This document shows, piece after piece, positions 1-9,412 of a stretch of 64,000 nucleotides of DNA. Numbering within the stretch: position 1 is the first letter of the stretch; each line of letters starts with the position of its first letter. A program made the translations under genes and the position numbers. The notes under the pieces are model-generated. The model was not told the origin of the DNA and did no database searches. It worked only from the letters and a program-made list of their open reading frames with translations. Source of the DNA: Opitutales bacterium (GTDB taxonomy: Bacteria > Verrucomicrobiota > Verrucomicrobiia > Opitutales > UBA2987); NCBI GenBank assembly GCA_021772515.1, contig JAJFLU010000033.1:28106-92105 (forward strand), given 5' to 3'.

Positions 1-461
1 TTGAAAATGGGAACGATGTCGAAGCGCGCCACCAATTGTCATTGGGCAGTCTCTATGGCGGGTTATGCTTGGGTCCGGTAAATACGGGAGCCGTTCATGC
101 GCTTGCCTACCCTCTTGGTGGCGAGTTCAAAATAGCCCACGGGGTCTCCAATTCGGTTCTTCTTCCACATGTTGTCAAATACAACCTGGAATCGGCGATC
201 GATCGCTATGCTGATATCGCAATAGCCTTGGGAGTGGAACCAAGCTCGAATGGTGAAGAAACTGCAAAAAGAGGTTTGCTCCGTATGAGGGAACTCTCAA
301 ATCAATGCGGAATACCTCAGCATCTGTCAGAAATGGGAGTGCCCCGTGAAGCGATTCCACAACTGGCATCTTCTGCAATGACAGTAACAAGACTTTTAAA
401 AAATAATCCTCGCGAAATGACTGAAGAGGCCGCACGCGCTATTTACAATTCGGCCTATTGA
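1..461 (+). CDS. Iron-containing (group III) alcohol dehydrogenase, C-terminal part only; the 5' end lies outside the window
   Basis: The frame is open from nt 3 to the stop at 459-461. The stretch GPVNTGAVHALAYPLGGEFKIAHGVSNSVLLPHVVKYN matches the His-rich metal-site region of the Fe-ADH family. Confidence 0.8.
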   Translation, partial: ENGNDVEARHQLSLGSLYGGLCLGPVNTGAVHALAYPLGGEFKIAHGVSNSVLLPHVVKYNLESAIDRYADIAIALGVEPSSNGEETAKRGLLRMRELSNQCGIPQHLSEMGVPREAIPQLASSAMTVTRLLKNNPREMTEEAARAIYNSAY

Positions 462-469
462 AAGCTATT

Positions 470-1402
470 ATGTTAAACATGCCTGTAGAAATGAAAACAC
501 ACAGTGGAATTATCGTGCCAATGGTTACACCATTTACGGCAAATAGACAGCTCGACGAGACTGCGGTGTGCCGTTTAGTCGAACATATTCTAAATGGAGG
601 GGCGCACGGGATTTTTATCCTTGGAACAACCGGCGAGGCTCTATCAATACCATTTTCCATGCGTAAGCAGTTGATTCGCCTGGTCACAAAGGAAGTCGGC
701 GAAAAAGGTCTGGTTTACACAGGAATTGCGGATAATTGTTTGGAGCATTCACTGGAATTGGCAGCCCATTCATTTGGCTGCGGAGTGGATGCGGTGGTCG
801 CTCATCCGCCTTTTTACTACGCAATTGGCAATAATGAACTTATAGATTTTTTTAGCGAATTAGCTGACAAAACCGGAGGTCCGCTCTTAATTTACAATAT
901 CCCGCAGACCACCGGAATTTCGGTGCCACTGGAAGTTATCGAGCGACTGCGTCAACATAAGAATATAATCGGAGTCAAGGACTCGGAAAATGATGTCGCG
1001 CGGTTGAGTGAACTTACTAAGCGATTTGGCGGCAGGGATGATTTTTCTGTTTTGGTTGGGTGCAATTCACTATCTAAAAAAGTCCTTTACGAGGGAGCCG
1101 ATGGGCTTGTTCCCAGTTTAGGTAATATCGCGCCAGATGCGTGTCGACAGTTGTTCGATAACGTGAAGACTGGCAATGAAGCCGGGGCGCAAGAAGCCCA
1201 GAATACCATGAACCAGGTTGTTGAGGTTTACCAAAATGATGGAACATCAACAACAACTTTCGCCGCTTTAAAGGTTGCCTTGAGTATTATGGGCCTTTGC
1301 CAGGAAACTGTTTTACCGCCACTGCGAGCATTGACGGATGCAGAACGACAAACGGTTTTGGAGAATATTCAAAAACTGGGCAGTTTGAAGGCTCTGAGCT
1401 GA
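470..1402 (+). CDS. DapA/HTPA-synthase family class I (Schiff-base) lyase or dehydratase
   Basis: IVPMVTPFT, GIFILGTTGEALSI, YNIPQTTG and the lysine context IIGVKDSEND are DapA/NAL-family hallmarks. The start is ambiguous (TTG 458, ATG 470/479/491). Confidence 0.8.
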   Translation: MLNMPVEMKTHSGIIVPMVTPFTANRQLDETAVCRLVEHILNGGAHGIFILGTTGEALSIPFSMRKQLIRLVTKEVGEKGLVYTGIADNCLEHSLELAAHSFGCGVDAVVAHPPFYYAIGNNELIDFFSELADKTGGPLLIYNIPQTTGISVPLEVIERLRQHKNIIGVKDSENDVARLSELTKRFGGRDDFSVLVGCNSLSKKVLYEGADGLVPSLGNIAPDACRQLFDNVKTGNEAGAQEAQNTMNQVVEVYQNDGTSTTTFAALKVALSIMGLCQETVLPPLRALTDAERQTVLENIQKLGSLKALS

Positions 1403-1462
1403 ATACTCCATTTCCCCCTGAATCCGGGTTTCCGTTTCCCAAACTTCGATCAGAACATTGTC

Positions 1463-2641
1463 ATGATAGGGGTGATCGCGGACGATTTAAGCGGAGCCGC
1501 CGAAATCGCGGGGCTTGCATACCGATATGGATTGGATTCCGTTGTGAGACTGGAACCATCTCAGGATTTTTCAAGTGAAAAGCTCTGTGTGTGGGATACC
1601 GATTCCCGCTCCTGCACAGCCAAGGAGGCAGAAATACGGGTCGAAAAAACGGCAAGTGAATTACTTAAAAAAAATCCCGATTGGATATATAAAAAGGTGG
1701 ATTCCGTCTTGCGGGGCCATATCGCGGTAGAACTCGATGTATTGAATCGTGTTTTCGAGCAAACACGTACTATATTAATTCCGGCCAATCCCTCGCTCGG
1801 ACGCACAATTAAGAACGGCCACTACTATGTTCATGGCCAACCATTGGAAGAAACCGATTTTATCGACGACCCCGAATTGATGGCAAAAACCTCAAAGGTT
1901 GTCGAATTGCTTGGCCCAGCACACAAGGCGAAAGTAGTTTATGGGCAGGCCGAAGATTTTCATTCACTTCCAGCGGAAGGAATCATCTGTGGAGATGCCG
2001 CAACTACCGAGGATATAATACACTGGACCGCAAAGCTCGACGAGCTAACCCTGCCAGCAGGAGGATCAGATTTCTTTACCGCAATTTTGGAAAAAAGAGG
2101 GTTCCGATTAAGTAAAAGATCCTCTACCAGAAATTGGCCGACTCGCACATTATTAATTTCAGGTTCAGCCTCCAAAGCAAGCGGAGAAAGAATTGCTGAG
2201 GCGGAATCGGAAGGCATCCCAGTGTGTCGAATGCCCGAGAAATTAATGCAAAAAAAAGCAGACGCCGAAAAACTCATAGAAGAATGGGAAAATCGAGTGG
2301 CGCTCTGTTTACGAGAAAACGATAGGGTTATTGTCACCATCGGAAAGCCGCGATCAAAGGATTCTGGAGACGCATTGAGATTGGGAGAACATTTATGCGA
2401 ATTGACCCGTAGGCTCATGAAAAAAGAAAAAATCGAACATCTTTGCATCGAGGGCGGAGCGACAGCATCCCGAATCATCAGAAGGCAAAAATGGAATTGC
2501 CTGCAAGTTATCCACGAATGGACCCGAGGTGTTGTCTCAATGAAAATACAGAATAAAAGCGGGCCCATACTAACGATCAAACCCGGCAGCTATCCCTGGC
2601 CAAGTGAACTGCTGGAAAAACGCTGCACCGCCAATAATTAA
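1463..2641 (+). CDS. Four-carbon acid-sugar kinase, DUF1537 family (OtnK/DtnK/DenK type)
   Basis: The N-terminus MIGVIADDLSGAAEIAG is the typical ADDxxGA start of DUF1537 kinases. The 392-aa length fits, and a PdxA-family gene follows directly. Confidence 0.8.
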   Translation: MIGVIADDLSGAAEIAGLAYRYGLDSVVRLEPSQDFSSEKLCVWDTDSRSCTAKEAEIRVEKTASELLKKNPDWIYKKVDSVLRGHIAVELDVLNRVFEQTRTILIPANPSLGRTIKNGHYYVHGQPLEETDFIDDPELMAKTSKVVELLGPAHKAKVVYGQAEDFHSLPAEGIICGDAATTEDIIHWTAKLDELTLPAGGSDFFTAILEKRGFRLSKRSSTRNWPTRTLLISGSASKASGERIAEAESEGIPVCRMPEKLMQKKADAEKLIEEWENRVALCLRENDRVIVTIGKPRSKDSGDALRLGEHLCELTRRLMKKEKIEHLCIEGGATASRIIRRQKWNCLQVIHEWTRGVVSMKIQNKSGPILTIKPGSYPWPSELLEKRCTANN

Positions 2642-2669
2642 CAAACTCTTTTTCTCAAAATAATAGGTT

Positions 2670-3671
2670 ATGAATAAACCACTGTTGGCAATTACTATGG
2701 GCGATGCTACCGGCACCGGGCCGGAACTTACCACCATGGCCTTGGCGAATCCCGAAATCAGAAGTTGCTGCCGCCCGGTTATTATCGGAGATGGTGATAC
2801 GATGAGGCAAGCGTTGAAAATTACGGGACAACCGATGGCAATTCGAACTATCGAGGATTTGCAGGAAACACAGTTTTCCGATGATTGCATAGAGGTTCTT
2901 GATTTGAATAACATTGACGTTACTAAACTACAAATGGGGAAAATCAGCCTGATGACGGCCAAGGCTGCCTATGAGTATATAAAGCGAGCCACCGAACTCG
3001 CCCTCGGAAATAAAGTCGATGCTATCGTTACTTCAGCTATCAACAAGGAGGCTTTGAACAACGCTGGCTTCCACTACGACGGCCATACTGGTTTGCTGTC
3101 TGAGTTATGCGGAAATCCACCGGTCACTATGATGCTTGCTGCCGGAAATCTTCGGGTCTGCCATGTCAGCACCCATGTCTCTTTACAAGAGGCAATAAAG
3201 AGGGTCCGCCCGGATCGAATATTGGAAGTAATCAAATTGGCGCAAGAAGGTTTAGAGCGTCTTGGCATAGTAAATCCGCAGATCGCGGTTGCGGGGCTTA
3301 ACCCCCATGCCGGAGAAGGTGGTCTTTTCGGCTGTGAAGAGGAAGAATTTATTACACCTGCCGTCGAAAAAGCCTGCCGCAAGGGTATCAAGGCCTCGGG
3401 ACCTCATCCGGGTGATACCGTTTTCTTTCGGACATTGCAGGGTGAGTTCGACTGCGCGGTTGCCATGTATCATGATCAGGGCCATGTAGCGGCGAAAATG
3501 CTGGGAATCTGGAAAGGTGTGAACATAACGCTCGGTCTGCCAGTAATCCGAACATCGGTGGAGCATGGAACAGATTTCCGAAACGCCGGAACCGGAAAGG
3601 CCGATCCCCGAAGCCTGATTGAGGCGATCAAACTTGCCGCAACTATGGCTCTTAACCAACGGAAAATTTAA
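2670..3671 (+). CDS. PdxA-family 4-phospho-hydroxyacid dehydrogenase (PdxA2-like)
   Basis: PdxA-family motifs are present: ITMGDATGTGPEL, NPHAGEGGLFG, AMYHDQGH and RTSVEHGT. Length is 333 aa. Confidence 0.85.
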   Translation: MNKPLLAITMGDATGTGPELTTMALANPEIRSCCRPVIIGDGDTMRQALKITGQPMAIRTIEDLQETQFSDDCIEVLDLNNIDVTKLQMGKISLMTAKAAYEYIKRATELALGNKVDAIVTSAINKEALNNAGFHYDGHTGLLSELCGNPPVTMMLAAGNLRVCHVSTHVSLQEAIKRVRPDRILEVIKLAQEGLERLGIVNPQIAVAGLNPHAGEGGLFGCEEEEFITPAVEKACRKGIKASGPHPGDTVFFRTLQGEFDCAVAMYHDQGHVAAKMLGIWKGVNITLGLPVIRTSVEHGTDFRNAGTGKADPRSLIEAIKLAATMALNQRKI

Positions 3672-3709
3672 TTTCCATCAATTTCCAACGGATGTTCAAG
3701 ACTGCTTTC

Positions 3710-3738
3710 TCGAACCCGAAAATACTATCTCGGGTCGA
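3710..3738. terminator. Hairpin between convergent genes (possible bidirectional terminator; no U-tract)
   Basis: TCGAACCCGA (3710-3719) pairs with TCGGGTCGA (3730-3738) with one bulge. It lies between the PdxA-like stop (3671) and the transporter stop (3754). Confidence 0.25.
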
Positions 3739-3753
3739 AAATGAATATTTGCT

Positions 3754-5295
3754 CTATGCAGAAGGAATTTTTCTAAAGGTTAAATGATCAATATCATCCG
3801 GCCTGTGCCCTCCGAAAATAATACTTACGCAGTATCCGACACTAAATACGATCAAATGGCCAAATACTCCAATCAGTATCGGGTTCATGTTAAAATTGAA
3901 ACTGCCGATATCTAAAATTCTTAACTTAGGACTGGTTAATACTGCCCACGAGGTAAAAGCGAGACAGGCCACTATGCCCGAATAAGCCCCCAAACGGGTC
4001 GCCCTTTTGGTTACAAATCCGAGCATGAAGAGGCCCAACGTGCCCGCCGAAAGGATGCTGGCAATAATGATACCCCTTTCCATTATGGACGCCGAACCTT
4101 TGTCAGGAATAAGCAACAAAGCCACCAGGCTGGCCAGGGTGCCCCCAGCCAACACCATTATTCGACCGAAAATCAAACGCGCGCGATCTGATGTTTGAGG
4201 GGAAAATGTTGCCAAATAATCCGTCGTTACCACAGTCGCGACACTGTTCAAATCCCCGCTCACGGTGGACATCGCCGCTGCCAGTATGGCCGCCAGTATC
4301 AGCCCCACAAGACCGTTGGGCAGAAAATTAACGATAAAGTGCGGCACCACATTATCCGCGATTTCGGGTGGAGTAGCACCAGTCAAACTATAATAGCCGT
4401 AGAGACAGGCACCGATAAACATGAACGTGACAAAAATGGGAACGCACGAAGAAGCTCCCCAAATTGTAGCCCAAAATGCTTGACGGTCCGTTTTTGCGAT
4501 CAGATACCGCTGAACCATATGCTGGTCGGTAATATACCGTCGGCTCCAGTTTAGAAAAAATACAACGATATACAGCCAAACGGTTGTATTCCCCGTATCA
4601 AACAGACTTTGCCAGGATAAATCGAAGGAGCCCAGATTGAATTTTCCCGCTCGAAATGCCTCTCCGACCACAGCCCCCGGCGGACCTGCCTCGGGTGCAA
4701 AAATCAAACGCATCAGGATAAGAACCGCTCCCCCCACCAGTACAATTCCCTGGACAACATCAGTCCAGACGACCGCTTCAATACCTCCAATCGCAGTATA
4801 AATCATGGTGAAAACCCCAACGCCAATAATAACCAATCTGAGATCCCAACCGGTCATCACATTTATGGCAATTGCCGTGGTCAACAAAGTGACTCCAAGG
4901 TCGAAGGTGCGATCTGCGAGGAATCCGAAAGAGGTGTAAATCCGACCGCCAAAACCGAACCGTTTGCCAATATATTCGTAGGCGCTCATCCCAACAACCC
5001 GCCTGTAAAAGGGAACAATTACATAGGCAACGATTACCAGAACTAGCGGCAGGGTCAAAATTCCCAAGAGGAGGATCATACTCTTTTGAAAAACCGTCGC
5101 CGGGTGCCCAACCACGGTGCCACTTCCGATCAATGTACCCATCAATGTAAAGGCCACAGCCCAGGCAGGGATTCTCCTATCGGCTATAAAATATTTGCGC
5201 GTGGATTTTTGCTCGCGCGACATATACAATCCAATCGCGGCTATCGCCACTAAATAAACCAGTACAATAACGTAATCCAGTACACCTAAAGTCAT
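3754..5295 (-). CDS. Sodium:solute symporter (SSF) family transporter
   Basis: The 513-aa protein is hydrophobic throughout with many predicted TM helices. GGIEAVVWTDVVQG is the SSF-type motif. Confidence 0.85.
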   Translation of the reverse strand: MTLGVLDYVIVLVYLVAIAAIGLYMSREQKSTRKYFIADRRIPAWAVAFTLMGTLIGSGTVVGHPATVFQKSMILLLGILTLPLVLVIVAYVIVPFYRRVVGMSAYEYIGKRFGFGGRIYTSFGFLADRTFDLGVTLLTTAIAINVMTGWDLRLVIIGVGVFTMIYTAIGGIEAVVWTDVVQGIVLVGGAVLILMRLIFAPEAGPPGAVVGEAFRAGKFNLGSFDLSWQSLFDTGNTTVWLYIVVFFLNWSRRYITDQHMVQRYLIAKTDRQAFWATIWGASSCVPIFVTFMFIGACLYGYYSLTGATPPEIADNVVPHFIVNFLPNGLVGLILAAILAAAMSTVSGDLNSVATVVTTDYLATFSPQTSDRARLIFGRIMVLAGGTLASLVALLLIPDKGSASIMERGIIIASILSAGTLGLFMLGFVTKRATRLGAYSGIVACLAFTSWAVLTSPKLRILDIGSFNFNMNPILIGVFGHLIVFSVGYCVSIIFGGHRPDDIDHLTFRKIPSA

Positions 5296-5532
5296 AATAA
5301 TTTTATTAACAAATATTGTAATTCAACTCACACATTTAGGTCTCCAGATAAAAGAAGAACCCCATGCTGTACAGACACTAAGAATCAATTGCATAACCTC
5401 AAGGCATTTAGTAGTTAATTAGCATCGTTTTTGTAATTAAATCTCAAGAAACGCATTATCCACTGCCATCTGCCCCACCCTTTTTGAACAATAATCCCCA
5501 CGAGTAAGATAACTTACACTAAATTAGAGGAA

Positions 5533-5601
5533 GACAAAGAGGATGAGGAATACGAAGATTTCGTGCTTACGACGGTATTTATCTTCGTCTTGCTCTTTGT
5601 C
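5533..5601. other. Long imperfect hairpin in an AT-rich spacer (terminator-like, downstream of the 5673-6506 gene)
   Basis: GACAAAGAG (5533-5541) pairs with CTCTTTGTC (5593-5601), and ACGAAGAT (5552-5559) pairs with ATCTTCGT (5581-5588). The apical part contains TCGT-GCTT-ACGA. A T5 run follows on the plus strand. Confidence 0.3.
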
Positions 5602-5672
5602 ACCTATTTTTCCCTAAACAGCAATTCCACGCCTGCGAAGGTATCGTAAAGCCTGTCTTGAGTCATTGAAGG

Positions 5673-6506
5673 CTATTTTTTCTTTAGACGGGCCACGATG
5701 ACCTCACGGTTTTTTTTGTGAATGCCGTAGAGGAGGCCGGGGGTGGATTTGTCCCAGGCGATGCCCTGACCGGTTGAGTTGACAGGGATGGTTTCCACAA
5801 ACTCGAGGGAAGATCCGGCTTGAGGAATTTTGAGAACGTATATCTCTTCTTCATGGTGCCCAGTTACATAGAGAAGTCCGTTTTCGGCGATTATTCCACC
5901 TGAGCTGCTATATACTTCAAATTTTTCAACGATTGATTTGGGGAAAATCCAGCCTTCTTTGCGGTTCCACTCCTTATCAAATTTAACGAGATTGGTCCAT
6001 GAAGGATCGTGATTCGGTTCCGCCGCTCTATTGCCATAGTAGGCGAATACGACATACCAGTGGTCTTCGTAAAAATCGACCCATGTGGTGGAACCAGAAT
6101 AGATGCCGAAGCTATGTGATCCGATGTGCTTCATCGTTTTGGTATCCCATATTTCTATGGAACCGGTCATGGGCACCTCTGGGTAATTGGAGTGTGCACA
6201 GTATAATTTGTCTTCGATGACGATTCCGCTGTTCAGGTGGGTGAGAGGTTGGCCTTCGGGGCATTCCCATCCATTCACTCGCTCACCGGTTGATTTAACG
6301 TATTTTCCGATAGCGTGATTACTAATAGCGTAGAAAAATTCTTCATCTACCGCCACAGCTTGGCGTGCCTCTATGCAGGGGAATCGGCGCAATTCCTGGT
6401 ATTCATAGGAACTGTCAGCAGCGAGACTATGAATCAAGGCCAGAAAGATAAACGACCCCGAATATAGATACCGATTCAGAACATGAGATAAAACGTATGC
6501 ATTCAT
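5673..6506 (-). CDS. Secreted hypothetical protein (possibly beta-propeller-like)
   Basis: The internal ATG at 6506 gives MNAYVLSHVLNRYLYSGSFIFLALIHSLAADS, which is signal-peptide-like. I recognise no family. The gene looks AT-richer than its neighbours. Confidence 0.5.
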   Translation of the reverse strand: MNAYVLSHVLNRYLYSGSFIFLALIHSLAADSSYEYQELRRFPCIEARQAVAVDEEFFYAISNHAIGKYVKSTGERVNGWECPEGQPLTHLNSGIVIEDKLYCAHSNYPEVPMTGSIEIWDTKTMKHIGSHSFGIYSGSTTWVDFYEDHWYVVFAYYGNRAAEPNHDPSWTNLVKFDKEWNRKEGWIFPKSIVEKFEVYSSSGGIIAENGLLYVTGHHEEEIYVLKIPQAGSSLEFVETIPVNSTGQGIAWDKSTPGLLYGIHKKNREVIVARLKKK

Positions 6507-6751
6507 AATAGACCTAGACTGACATGGTGAAGTGTACCGGTTTTTTGGAACTGTATTCGCAACTATCTCTAAGGAGATAATTCGTAAATAATTCCAATGC
6601 AATCCAACTTTTAGTAAGGCAGTGGTATTATTATTTCAACGTCGTTACACATTGCAATAGGAATAACAAATAGTATAACTGGTGGTTGAATTAGAGGTAT
6701 TAAATTAAATCGACTCTTACTCGCGATAGTAAAAATTCCAGTTTATCTGCC

Positions 6752-8215
6752 ATGAGTGAAAATCTTCCTGTATTCAGTTCAATGATAAATGGCGAATGGT
6801 GCGGGAATTCAGGCGAAACTGTTACCATTTACAACCCTGCAAATCACCAACAGAAAGTTGCTCATTGCCAGTATGCCGATGGCGAATTGGCTAAATACGC
6901 TGTGAATGCGGCAGAGACTTCTTTTGAAAAATGGTCCCGCCAACCAGTAAAGCACAGTATTTCGATTTTGCGGAAGGCGGTCGATATTCTGGAAGAAAAC
7001 GCTGAACTTGTAAGCCGAACAATAACCCTGGAAAACGGAAAAACATTAAGAGAATCACAGGCCGAGGTTGATGCCACAATAAGGGATGCGCGTTACCAAC
7101 TGAAAGCGGTGGCAGAAACAGATTGGCGCATCCCTGCAAATATCCACGACAGCGACTCGGCTCACTATGTGCAGCGCGAGTCGATGGGAGTTTTTCTCCT
7201 TATCACGCCCTGGAATTTCCCGCTTGCCACGATAGTTCGCAAACTCGTGCCCGCCCTCGGATTTGGAAATACAGTGGTGGTCAAACCGGCACAGCTTACT
7301 CCGGGTGCAGCGGGCCACTGGTTTGAGTTTCTACATCAGGCTGGATTGCCGGGAGGGGTTGCAAATTTGGTGCTAGGACGAGGTTCAATCGTTGGTAATA
7401 CCTTGATCAATCAACCAAAACTGAGTGGAATTTCCTTTACCGGATCGACGGAAATCGGCCTGGATATATGCCGTAAGGTTTCCGCGCGATCCGTGCGTTT
7501 GCAAATGGAGATGGGTGGTAAAAACGCCATCGTTGTGCTCGCCGATGCCGATCTCGATAAAGCGGTCGAGGCCACCGTTTTGGCCGCGTTTTCCTGCGCC
7601 GGACAATGGTGTACCAGCACGAGTCGAGCCATCGTAGAAGAGGCGGTTTACGAGTCGTTTCTCAATCGGCTCAAATCCCGGGTGGAATCCCTGAAAATCG
7701 GCGACGGTATGAATGAAAATACCAATATGGGTCCGGTAATTTCTAACGGTCAACGAAACATTTGTTGCGAAGCCATTAACAAGGCTCGTCAAGAAGGTGC
7801 GTTACTGCTAACGGGAGGTAAGGCGATTAGAGCAATTGACGGCAAAACGGGATTTTTCCTGGAGCCTACCATACTCCGAGATGTCCTGCCGAATATGTCT
7901 TTGGCAAATGAGGAAGTGTTCGGGCCCGTGCTTGCGGTGATTTCGGTAAAAAATCCCGAAGAAGCTCTCGAACTTGCTAACGCCACTGTTTACGGCCTGA
8001 CATTTTCCGTTTACACTCGCTCTGCGGAATGGGCGGACCGCTTCATCAACGAAATCCAAGCGGGTGTATGCCATGTTAATTTGCCGACGGCATACCGAGA
8101 GGCCGCCTTTCCAATCGGTGGATGGAAGGAATCGGGTCGGGGTGTTCCCGAATGCGGCGATGAGCAAAAACATTTTCATACTCGTTTAAAAACAGTTTAC
8201 CGAAGCCCGTTATGA
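6752..8215 (+). CDS. NAD(P)-dependent aldehyde dehydrogenase (semialdehyde dehydrogenase-like)
   Basis: ITPWNFP, the catalytic Glu context MEMGGKNA, the catalytic Cys context CAGQWCTSTSR, and EEVFGPVL are all present. Length is 487 aa. Confidence 0.9.
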   Translation: MSENLPVFSSMINGEWCGNSGETVTIYNPANHQQKVAHCQYADGELAKYAVNAAETSFEKWSRQPVKHSISILRKAVDILEENAELVSRTITLENGKTLRESQAEVDATIRDARYQLKAVAETDWRIPANIHDSDSAHYVQRESMGVFLLITPWNFPLATIVRKLVPALGFGNTVVVKPAQLTPGAAGHWFEFLHQAGLPGGVANLVLGRGSIVGNTLINQPKLSGISFTGSTEIGLDICRKVSARSVRLQMEMGGKNAIVVLADADLDKAVEATVLAAFSCAGQWCTSTSRAIVEEAVYESFLNRLKSRVESLKIGDGMNENTNMGPVISNGQRNICCEAINKARQEGALLLTGGKAIRAIDGKTGFFLEPTILRDVLPNMSLANEEVFGPVLAVISVKNPEEALELANATVYGLTFSVYTRSAEWADRFINEIQAGVCHVNLPTAYREAAFPIGGWKESGRGVPECGDEQKHFHTRLKTVYRSPL

Positions 8216-9372
8216 AAATTGTTTCCATAAAGCATAAATCGGTGCCCATTCAGTCCAAAATCCGCAACGCAGTGGTCGATTTTTCCGAGATGACGGCCGG
8301 AATTGTGGTTATTGAATCAGACGTTATTCGCAATGGAAAACCGCTCGTCGGTTATGGGTTCACTTCCAATGGACGGTACGCCCCTTGCGGAATAATGGCG
8401 GAGCGTATGATCCCGCGTTTGTTGAAAGCGTCCGAGAGCAGTCTTCTAAGCGAAGATGGACGGAACTTCGATCCTTTTAAAGCGTGGGAAGTAATGATGC
8501 GAAACGAAAAGCCGGGGGGGCACGGGGAACGTTCCGTGGCAGTGGGCGCAATCGACATGGCCTTGTGGGATCTGGTGGCGAAAATTGAAGATAAACCCCT
8601 TTACCAGATTTTGGCCGACAGATATAGAGGTGGAGAGGTCAATCGGAGAGTTTATGTCTACGCAGCAGGCGGTTATTATTATCCTGGGAAAGACCTTGAA
8701 ATGCTGAAAAAGGAAATTCAAGGTTTTCTAGACTCCGGGTATGAATCAGTGAAAATAAAAATCGGGGGAGCCTCGCTAGATGAGGACCGCAAACGGATTG
8801 AGGCGGTTGCAGAATTAACGGGTTTTCCCGGTCGAATCGCCGTGGACGCCAATGGCAAATTCACGGCCGAAGAAGCAATCAAGTGGGCTGAAGCGTTGGC
8901 CCCTTACAAATTGAAATGGTATGAAGAACCGGTCGATCCGCTCGATTACGCAGGTCTGGCAAATGTTGCGGAAATTTATGAAGGATCTCTGGCCACAGGG
9001 GAAAACCTGTTTTCCACGATCGATACACGAAATTTGATACGCCACGGTGGGCTTCGATCCGACCGAGATTATTTACAAATGGATCCCGCCCTCAGTTATG
9101 GTCTCGTGGAGTATATCCGCACCCTCGAAATGTTGAGTGATCACGGCTGGTCGCATGTTCGGTGCATCCCCCATGGAGGGCATCAATTTTCACTCCATAT
9201 CGCTGCTGGCCTGGGAATTGGCGGGAACGAATCCTATCCCGGAGTGTTTGGAGCCTTCGGCGGTTTCGGCGACAATATTCACCCACAAGCAGGGTATATC
9301 GAAATGCCCGATGCCCCCGGAATCGGCATAGAAATGAAGTCGGATTTGATGCAGATTTTCAAGAATCTTTGA
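8212..9372 (+). CDS. Enolase-superfamily dehydratase, D-tartrate dehydratase (TarD)-like
   Basis: Blocks GYGFTSNGRY, EKPGGHGERSVAVGAIDMALWD, VYAAGGYYYPGK, VKIKIGGA, AVDANGKF, WYEEPVDPLDY, ATGENLFS and CIPHGGHQFSLHIAAGLG closely resemble my recollection of Bradyrhizobium TarD. The ATGA start overlaps the ALDH stop. Confidence 0.75.
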   Translation: MKIVSIKHKSVPIQSKIRNAVVDFSEMTAGIVVIESDVIRNGKPLVGYGFTSNGRYAPCGIMAERMIPRLLKASESSLLSEDGRNFDPFKAWEVMMRNEKPGGHGERSVAVGAIDMALWDLVAKIEDKPLYQILADRYRGGEVNRRVYVYAAGGYYYPGKDLEMLKKEIQGFLDSGYESVKIKIGGASLDEDRKRIEAVAELTGFPGRIAVDANGKFTAEEAIKWAEALAPYKLKWYEEPVDPLDYAGLANVAEIYEGSLATGENLFSTIDTRNLIRHGGLRSDRDYLQMDPALSYGLVEYIRTLEMLSDHGWSHVRCIPHGGHQFSLHIAAGLGIGGNESYPGVFGAFGGFGDNIHPQAGYIEMPDAPGIGIEMKSDLMQIFKNL

Positions 9373-9412
9373 AAAAAACATGCGCATAGCAAAGCCTCCG
9401 AGAGGCGCCACC

